Below are positions 35,541 through 41,573 of a stretch of DNA of 41,573 nucleotides, piece by piece; within the stretch, counting starts at the first letter, position 1; each line of letters begins with the position of its first letter. Under the pieces are notes generated by a model that saw only the letters and a list, made by a program, of their open reading frames with translations, was not told the origin of the DNA and did no database searches. The stretch comes from Candidatus Omnitrophota bacterium (GTDB lineage Bacteria > Omnitrophota > Gorgyraeia > Duberdicusellales > 4484-171). Location of the stretch: contig JAIPHC010000001.1 of assembly GCA_021735405.1 (NCBI GenBank), forward strand, positions 1-41,573. The letters run 5' to 3'. The translations under genes and the position numbers were made by a program.

Positions 35541-37558
35541 TTTTTTTCTTTTTTAATAACCTCTCTGGCTAAAATACGCGCCTCTTTTAAAATTTTTAAA
35601 TCCCTAACAGGATTGGCAATTCTTAAATTCGGCAACCCATGCTGAAGCTGTCCAAAAAAATCCCCCGGGCCGCGCAATTTTAAATCTGCTTCGGCTATCT
35701 GAAATCCGTCAATTTCTTTTTTTATAGTTATCAGCCTTTTTGCGGCTTCTTGAGAAATATTTTCATTATAAATTAAAACAAACGTGGATTTTCGCCGGGA
35801 TCTTCCGATCCGTCCGCGCAGCTGGTGCAGTTGAGACAAGCCAAACTTTTCCGGGCTTTCGACTGCCATAATCGTAGCATTTTTAATATCAAGGCCGACC
35901 TCTACTACATTGGTGGATACAAGAATATCGATTTTACCGTCATTAAACTCATTAACCACTCTTATTTTCTCTTGATTTTCCAACCGCCCATGGAATATCC
36001 CCAAAGAGAACCCGGAAAACCTTTTTTTGGCCAATTTCACCATCTGGCTCAATGATTTAACTTCCAAATTATCATTTTGATCTATAATCGGATAAACTAT
36101 ATAAGCCTGCCGGCCTTCTTTTATTTTTTCTTCAATCAAATCATAGGCCCGTTTTCTATTTTTTTCTTTAATTAAAATTGTCTCCGGCACGACCCGGCCG
36201 GGAGGCAGTTGGCCAATGGTTGATAAATCCAAATCTCCGTAAAGAGAAAGAGCTAAACTGCGGGGAATAGGAGTAGCGCTCATTACTAAACAATTAGGCG
36301 GGGTTTTGCTTTTTTTCGGTAAAAGCGCCCTTTGAGCCGCTCCGAATTTATGCTGTTCATCTATTACCACAAGCCCCAACTTGTTAAATTTTATCTTTTT
36401 CTGAATCAGAGAATGAGTTCCTACCACGATCAAAGAATCACCCTGTATTAATCTTTTTAGAATAAGATTTTTTTCCTTTAACGAAGAAGAAGAGGTCAAT
36501 AAATCTATTCTGCCTCTTAAACTAGACAAAGGCGGGGCTGATTTTTCTAATAAATTATCTATTGTCTTTTTATGCTGATAGGCTAAAACTTCTGTTGGCA
36601 CCATAAACGCTACCTGCTGAGAAGATAATGCCGACAAAATTATGGGAAAAATAGCAACGGCTGTTTTTCCGCTGCCCACATCTCCCTGTAAAAGCCGGCG
36701 CATTGGATATTCTTTTTGCAAGTCCGATAAAATTTGCCGCAAGGCTTCTTTTTGGGCCCGGGTCAGGCAAAAAGGGAATATTTTTTCGATCTGTTTTAAT
36801 CTGTTTTTATCAATTTCTAAACAGGGCCCCTGTTGAAAACGGTGTTTAGCTTTACGGAGGTAAACCCTAACCTGGGAAATAAATAATTCTTCAAAAATGA
36901 ATCTCTGCCTGGCTGAATCCGCATCTTCTAAGGAAGCGGGAAAATGTATCTGCTGGAAACTTTTTGCAATATTAGAAATATTTTGTTTCTTCCTGACATC
37001 AAAAGGAATGGGGTCGCTAAGGCCGGGACTGTATTTTTTTAAAGCTAAAAATATTGTTTTTCTCATAAACCTTTGGCTGAATTCAGCCGGCAACCTGTAA
37101 ATAGGCGTAATTTTACCGATATCTAAGCTTTGAGCCTTGCCGCTTTGCTCAAACTTAGGCGCAACCATTTGCAGTTTGCCTCGATAATAAGTAGCTTTTC
37201 CATAAACAATTATTTTTTGGCCGACCTTAAGAGAATCTGCAAGATAAGGCTGGTTAAACCACTTACAGCTGATTTGAGCGGTTTGATCTCCCAAAATAAC
37301 TTCAAAGATGCTTTTTATTTTTATAGAACGGATAAAATGAGGAAATTTCTTTAAATTTCTAGCTAAAACTTCACCCTGAATTACCGCAGTTTCATTTTGG
37401 CTTAAATCTTGAATATTTACAAAATTAGTCCGGTCTTCATAACGAAAAGGGAAATAATAAAAAAGATCCTTCAGGCCATAAACCTGGGCTTTTCTATTAA
37501 ATATTTCTTCCTTACGCGGGCCTATCCCTTTAATATAACGTATGGGTATTTTTTCCAT
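35528..37558 (-). CDS. recG: ATP-dependent DNA helicase RecG
   Basis: Motifs GDVGSGKT, DEQHKFG and QLHQLRGRIGR, with an N-terminal wedge/OB region; 676 aa. Confidence 0.92.
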   Translation of the reverse strand: MEKIPIRYIKGIGPRKEEIFNRKAQVYGLKDLFYYFPFRYEDRTNFVNIQDLSQNETAVIQGEVLARNLKKFPHFIRSIKIKSIFEVILGDQTAQISCKWFNQPYLADSLKVGQKIIVYGKATYYRGKLQMVAPKFEQSGKAQSLDIGKITPIYRLPAEFSQRFMRKTIFLALKKYSPGLSDPIPFDVRKKQNISNIAKSFQQIHFPASLEDADSARQRFIFEELFISQVRVYLRKAKHRFQQGPCLEIDKNRLKQIEKIFPFCLTRAQKEALRQILSDLQKEYPMRRLLQGDVGSGKTAVAIFPIILSALSSQQVAFMVPTEVLAYQHKKTIDNLLEKSAPPLSSLRGRIDLLTSSSSLKEKNLILKRLIQGDSLIVVGTHSLIQKKIKFNKLGLVVIDEQHKFGAAQRALLPKKSKTPPNCLVMSATPIPRSLALSLYGDLDLSTIGQLPPGRVVPETILIKEKNRKRAYDLIEEKIKEGRQAYIVYPIIDQNDNLEVKSLSQMVKLAKKRFSGFSLGIFHGRLENQEKIRVVNEFNDGKIDILVSTNVVEVGLDIKNATIMAVESPEKFGLSQLHQLRGRIGRSRRKSTFVLIYNENISQEAAKRLITIKKEIDGFQIAEADLKLRGPGDFFGQLQHGLPNLRIANPVRDLKILKEARILAREVIKKEKKCKF

Positions 37559-37566
37559 AGTTAACC

Positions 37567-38448
37567 TTAAACATTTAAAAAGTCTTTAATTATTTTTTTG
37601 TGATCAAAAACAATGTTAGGCGGTAATTTTAGCAAACGGCTTTTACCTTTTATAATTTCAAAAACCAAAGCTTTTTTTGCATCGGAAGCCGCTTTGAGTT
37701 TCCCTCTGCCTTTGCCGGTAAAAACCACCGAAACCGTATGAAAGCGGGGGTCTCTGGATCTATCGGAATAAACTTTAAACTGTTTTACATTTATAAAATC
37801 AAGGTTAGTTTCTTCTTTAACCTCCCGAATGGCCGCATCTTCTGCTTTTTCTCCATAATCGACGAAACCGCCCGGCAAAGCCAATCCTAAAGGGGGGTTG
37901 CTTCTTTCTATCAAAACAATACCATTTTTATATTGAATCAAACCATCTACGGTAAGAAACGGGCCTCTATTTATTTTTATATGATCAAGATAACCGATTA
38001 GGTTCCTGCTTAATACTTTTTCGGCCCGATTGCTCTCAGTTATTAATAATACTTTCTTTAACCTTATTTTGTCTTTAATTTTTTCCTGACGGAATATTTC
38101 TTGAGCGGCTATTTTAGAAAAAATAACGAAATCACCGGCGCTTCTGAAACTATCAGCCAAAAATCCAACGGATTCAATCTTGCGTCTTCTAACTCTCTTA
38201 AAACAATCATCCAAAGCCTTCCGGATAACTTCTTGTTTTTTAACGCGGGTCAAATTAATAAAAATAATATATTCGCTGCCGAAAAAATCATCTTTTCCTA
38301 AAAAAACTTGGCCCGGTTTTAATTTTTTTATTTTTTTAACATTTCTTTTTCCTTTATCCAGCCGCAAAAAATAATCAGACGAAACTACCACGCATTGAAT
38401 ATTTTTTATTTTTTTGGATAAATCTACGGTTATATTTTCTAATTTCAT
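37567..38448 (-). CDS. Two-domain protein: N-terminal macro-like domain (tentative) fused to a C-terminal Nudix hydrolase (ADP-ribose pyrophosphatase-like)
   Basis: The Nudix box is GFVDYGEKAEDAAIREVKEETNL, with DPRFH and FDH downstream. The N-terminal ~165 aa have a macro-like alternation of strands and helices but lack the canonical glycine motifs. Confidence 0.65.
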   Translation of the reverse strand: MKLENITVDLSKKIKNIQCVVVSSDYFLRLDKGKRNVKKIKKLKPGQVFLGKDDFFGSEYIIFINLTRVKKQEVIRKALDDCFKRVRRRKIESVGFLADSFRSAGDFVIFSKIAAQEIFRQEKIKDKIRLKKVLLITESNRAEKVLSRNLIGYLDHIKINRGPFLTVDGLIQYKNGIVLIERSNPPLGLALPGGFVDYGEKAEDAAIREVKEETNLDFINVKQFKVYSDRSRDPRFHTVSVVFTGKGRGKLKAASDAKKALVFEIIKGKSRLLKLPPNIVFDHKKIIKDFLNV

Positions 38449-39878
38449 ATTTTTTTTAAAATATCTTTAGCAGCTTCCAACGCCTCTGATTTTTTGTTTA
38501 CTTTGCCTAAGGCCTGAAGTTCTTTAATTTTTGCTAAAATTTTTCCTACCTCCGGCCCTTCTTTTACTCCCAGGCGGTTGATGAGATCCCAGCCATCGAT
38601 AATCCGGGGAACAGGTTTTTTCTTTTTTTCGGCAAAATAAGACTCCACCAGTTTCAACATAACTTTTTCATGGCGTTTTCTCTTTAAGGAATTGGTTAAA
38701 GGGCCTCGGGTTGCGCGCCAATCAGCCAGAGAAAGAAGAATAACTGATACACCTTCTTCTTGTGTATCCCGGAAAAAACGATAAACAGCCCTGCGGCTGG
38801 GTGTAACCTGATCGGCGAGATATCCGGGCCGGAGGTGCCAAAAAACCATTTTGGCTATTTTTTGCCTTTCGATTTTTGATAAACGCATTCTTTTAGCAAA
38901 TTTAGAAGAAATTTCCCTTCCTATCTTTTCATGCATATGAAATATTGTACGGGTTTTGGTTTTCTTTTTTACGAAAGGCTTACCGGCATCATGGATCAAA
39001 CAAGCTAACTTTATAATTTGCCCCCTCTTTCTGCCTCCGCCTAACTGCTGGTTGAGAAAATCCCTAACTTCTTGCTTATTTTTAATTTTCCGCTCAGAAA
39101 GCAGTTCAAATTGCTTTAAGGTTTCTATCGAATGATCCCAAACATTTAAATGATGAAACCCTCCCTGGCCGGTTTTTCTCATCTTTTCAACATAAGGCAT
39201 AATTTGGTCAATTACTCTCAACTCGTTCATTTTTTTTATTATTTTATACGACTTTTTAGAATCAAATATTTTAAATAATTCTTGGTTAATCCTCTCATAA
39301 GATACTTTTTTTAACTTTTCCCTGTATGAATGAAAAAATTTTAAAGTTCGAGCCTCGATATTAAATCCATATTTAGAAGCAAAAGAAAAACCCCTTAATA
39401 TCCTTAAGGGGTCATCACTTATCACCGAATCGGATAAGGCTTTTATCTTTTTCTTTTTTAAATCTTTTATTCCTCCGTAATAATCTAAAATTTTTTTTGG
39501 TTCGGTTATATCCAACGCTAAGGTGTTAATAGTAAAATCCCTTTGCGATAGGTCTTGCTTAATGCCCCTGCCCCGCATTAAAATAAAATCATAACTGTAA
39601 TTTTTTTTATTTTTGTTTACAACGATTCGAAAGCTGGAGTTTTTTTTATCTAATACAATTACTTTCTTTCTCAAAGATTCGGATATTTTCTTAACAAATA
39701 AATCTATATTTTTTTCCACACAAAAATCAAAATCAATCAAATCTTTAGATGTATCAAGGCAGCTGTCCCTGAGAAAACCGCCTACCAGCCATACCTTGAT
39801 TTTTGTTTCTTTAGCTAACTCTGAAATTTTATCGATTTGCGGAATTTTTTTTAGGCAAGTATTGACTTTCATAGACAA
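38445..39878 (-). CDS. cca: Class-II tRNA nucleotidyltransferase (CCA-adding type) with C-terminal HD domain
   Basis: Motifs GGFLRDSCL, DFDFCV, RDFTINTLA, DDPLRILRG, and HD motifs HHLNVWDHS and IHDAGKP. Confidence 0.82.
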   Translation of the reverse strand: MSMKVNTCLKKIPQIDKISELAKETKIKVWLVGGFLRDSCLDTSKDLIDFDFCVEKNIDLFVKKISESLRKKVIVLDKKNSSFRIVVNKNKKNYSYDFILMRGRGIKQDLSQRDFTINTLALDITEPKKILDYYGGIKDLKKKKIKALSDSVISDDPLRILRGFSFASKYGFNIEARTLKFFHSYREKLKKVSYERINQELFKIFDSKKSYKIIKKMNELRVIDQIMPYVEKMRKTGQGGFHHLNVWDHSIETLKQFELLSERKIKNKQEVRDFLNQQLGGGRKRGQIIKLACLIHDAGKPFVKKKTKTRTIFHMHEKIGREISSKFAKRMRLSKIERQKIAKMVFWHLRPGYLADQVTPSRRAVYRFFRDTQEEGVSVILLSLADWRATRGPLTNSLKRKRHEKVMLKLVESYFAEKKKKPVPRIIDGWDLINRLGVKEGPEVGKILAKIKELQALGKVNKKSEALEAAKDILKKI

Positions 39879-39942
39879 GTAATAACCTGAAAGCAGTTTA
39901 GTATTTTGAGAAATTAGCAGGTGTTTTTAATCTAACCTACAC

Positions 39943-40410
39943 TTAACTCTTATTTATTTTTTTTCCCAAAACCTCGCGCAACTCACGCAAAAATTGGTTA
40001 ATATCTTTAAATTGCCTGTATACAGAAGCAAACCTTACATAGGCAACATCATCTAAGCGGGAAAGTTTCTCCATAACTAATTCTCCGATATGATTAGATT
40101 CAACTTCCTGCTCAAATTTTTTTTGTAGTTTAATCTCAATCTCGGCAACCATCTTTTCCAGTTTCTCTACGCTCACCGCTCTTTTTTCACAAGCCTTAAT
40201 TAACCCGTCTAAAATTTTTTGCTGAGAAAAAGGCTCTCTCCGCCCGTCTTTCTTTATTACCATCAAGGGAGTTTTTTCCACATATTCATAGGTAGTAAAA
40301 CGCCTGCCGCAGCCATTACACTCCCTTCTTCTTCTTATAGCTAAACCTTCGGAGGTAAGGCGCGAATCAACTACTTTATCTTGATTGAAACCGCAATAAG
40401 GGCACCTCAT
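39943..40410 (-). CDS. nrdR: Transcriptional repressor NrdR
   Basis: MRCPYCG...VVDSR zinc ribbon plus an ATP-cone; 155 aa. Confidence 0.93.
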   Translation of the reverse strand: MRCPYCGFNQDKVVDSRLTSEGLAIRRRRECNGCGRRFTTYEYVEKTPLMVIKKDGRREPFSQQKILDGLIKACEKRAVSVEKLEKMVAEIEIKLQKKFEQEVESNHIGELVMEKLSRLDDVAYVRFASVYRQFKDINQFLRELREVLGKKINKS

Positions 40411-40412
40411 AA

Positions 40413-40919
40413 CTAATCGATCAAAACCTCGTTTTTATTAAAATCCTTTAACTTCCTTAAAACTACTTTAGATTGTTTCAAAAATTCCATAGCCATTTTA
40501 TCAGGATAATCATCAAAAACAACTATTTCATCAATACCGGCATTAATAATCATTTTCGCGCAAATACTGCAGGGTGAATTTGTTATATAGAGAGCGCTTC
40601 CCTTTACCGATATCCCGTGCTTGGCGGCCTGAAGGAGCACGTTCTGTTCTGCGTGCAAACCCCGGCATATTTCGTGGCGCTGCCCGGAAGGAACTTTAGT
40701 TTCTTCCCTGAGACAGCCGGTTATCTGGCAATGATTTAAACCTACGGGAGCGCCATTGTAGCCGGTAGCAAGAATTTGTTTATCTTTTACCAACACTGCC
40801 CCTACTTTTCTTCTTAAACAAGTAGCCCGCTGGCTGACTAAAAAAGAAACCCCCATAAAGTATTGGTCCCAGGAAGGCCTTTTTAGCTTTTTCTTATCGT
40901 AAGATTGATTATTTAACAT
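40413..40919 (-). CDS. dCMP deaminase (ComEB-like cytidine/deoxycytidylate deaminase)
   Basis: Motifs HAEQN and PCSICAKMI. Confidence 0.85.
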   Translation of the reverse strand: MLNNQSYDKKKLKRPSWDQYFMGVSFLVSQRATCLRRKVGAVLVKDKQILATGYNGAPVGLNHCQITGCLREETKVPSGQRHEICRGLHAEQNVLLQAAKHGISVKGSALYITNSPCSICAKMIINAGIDEIVVFDDYPDKMAMEFLKQSKVVLRKLKDFNKNEVLID

Positions 40920-40950
40920 CTCGATCTAAACTTTAAATTAAAAAATATGA

Positions 40951-41573
40951 TTATAAATTTAGCTCTTTATAGAGAGGAAATTCTCCGGTTAAAGCTAAGA
41001 CTTCTTTTTTAATTTCTGATAATTTATTTTCATCTTTTCTATTGATAAGGGTTGAATCAATTAAATCAGCTATTTTAACCATCTCTTCTTCTCCCATTTT
41101 GCGGGTAGTCACCGCGGGTGTCCCGATCCTGATTCCGCTTGCAATCGCCGGAGGCTTGCTATCAAAAGGGATGAGATTTTTATTTACGGTAATATTCACT
41201 TTGCCTAAAACCTCCGAGGCGTTTTTGCCGGTTATGCCTTTTGAACTTAAATCCAGAAGAAATAAATGCGTATCCGTGCCTCCGCTTATAACTCTATAAC
41301 CTAAATCAGCCATCTTTTTGGCTAAATGAGAACTGTTTTTTACAACTTGTTTTTGATATTGAAGAAAATCATCTTCTCCGGCAAGTTTAAAAGCCACAGC
41401 TTTAGCGGCTATAATATGCATCAAGGGGCCGCCTTGGTTTCCCGGAAAAACCGCGGTATTAATTTTTTTAGCAAATTCTTTTTTTGCCAAGATAAAACCG
41501 CCCCGCGGGCCGCGTAAAGTTTTATGGGTGGTTGAGGTTACAAAATCAGCATAAGGGCAAGGGTTAGGGTGAA
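40951..41573 (-). CDS. glyA: Serine hydroxymethyltransferase; N-terminus lies beyond the window
   Basis: My translation upstream of the track ORF reads HPNPCPYADFVTSTTHKTLRGPRGGFILAKKEF, which contains the PLP-lysine motif TTHKTLRGPRGG. The track start at 41490 is an internal TTG. Confidence 0.92.
   Translation of the reverse strand, partial: HPNPCPYADFVTSTTHKTLRGPRGGFILAKKEFAKKINTAVFPGNQGGPLMHIIAAKAVAFKLAGEDDFLQYQKQVVKNSSHLAKKMADLGYRVISGGTDTHLFLLDLSSKGITGKNASEVLGKVNITVNKNLIPFDSKPPAIASGIRIGTPAVTTRKMGEEEMVKIADLIDSTLINRKDENKLSEIKKEVLALTGEFPLYKELNL

Overview
AT-rich bacterial chromosome segment (composition judged by eye, not computed). About 45 genes are tightly packed, and every one I accept lies on the minus strand. 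In transcription order (high to low coordinates) the blocks are:
- glyA (partial), dCMP deaminase, nrdR
- an HD-domain CCA-type nucleotidyltransferase and a macro-like/Nudix fusion
- recG, rsmD, coaD
- yceD-rpmF-plsX-fabH-fabD-fabG-acpP-fabF, running with a 1-nt gap into leuC-leuD-leuB-asd-truA
- a putative lipoprotein, an MBL hydrolase, xerD and a second nucleotidyltransferase paralog
- rbfA-nrnA-truB-ribF
- a complete dcw cluster: mraZ, small ORF, rsmH, ftsL, ftsI, murE, murF, mraY, murD, ftsW, murG, peptidase-like gene, murC, murB, ddl, ftsQ, ftsA-like (partial).

No rRNA, tRNA, CRISPR array, transposase, prophage or recognisable defence or toxin module is visible. This is core housekeeping DNA, and I do not see a novel multi-gene system.

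The structure that the genes do not explain is a set of intergenic palindromic or simple-repeat elements inside otherwise compact operons:
- Two copies of a GC-rich two-stem hairpin core bracket leuD. One of them supplies the last ~17 codons of leuC.
- A perfect 16-bp tandem array fills the fabH-fabD spacer.
- A TTCGAA-rich inverted repeat fills the murF-mraY spacer.

Secondary curiosities:
- a GTGG x3 MraZ-type operator next to a consensus-like promoter
- an SD-driven 60-aa ORF between mraZ and rsmH
- a secreted HExxH peptidase-like gene translationally coupled between murG and murC
- an FtsA-like protein in which I cannot find the ATP-binding motifs
- a macro-like/Nudix fusion
- two class-II nucleotidyltransferase paralogs.

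All product calls rest on motifs I read in the supplied translations plus synteny. None was checked against a database.
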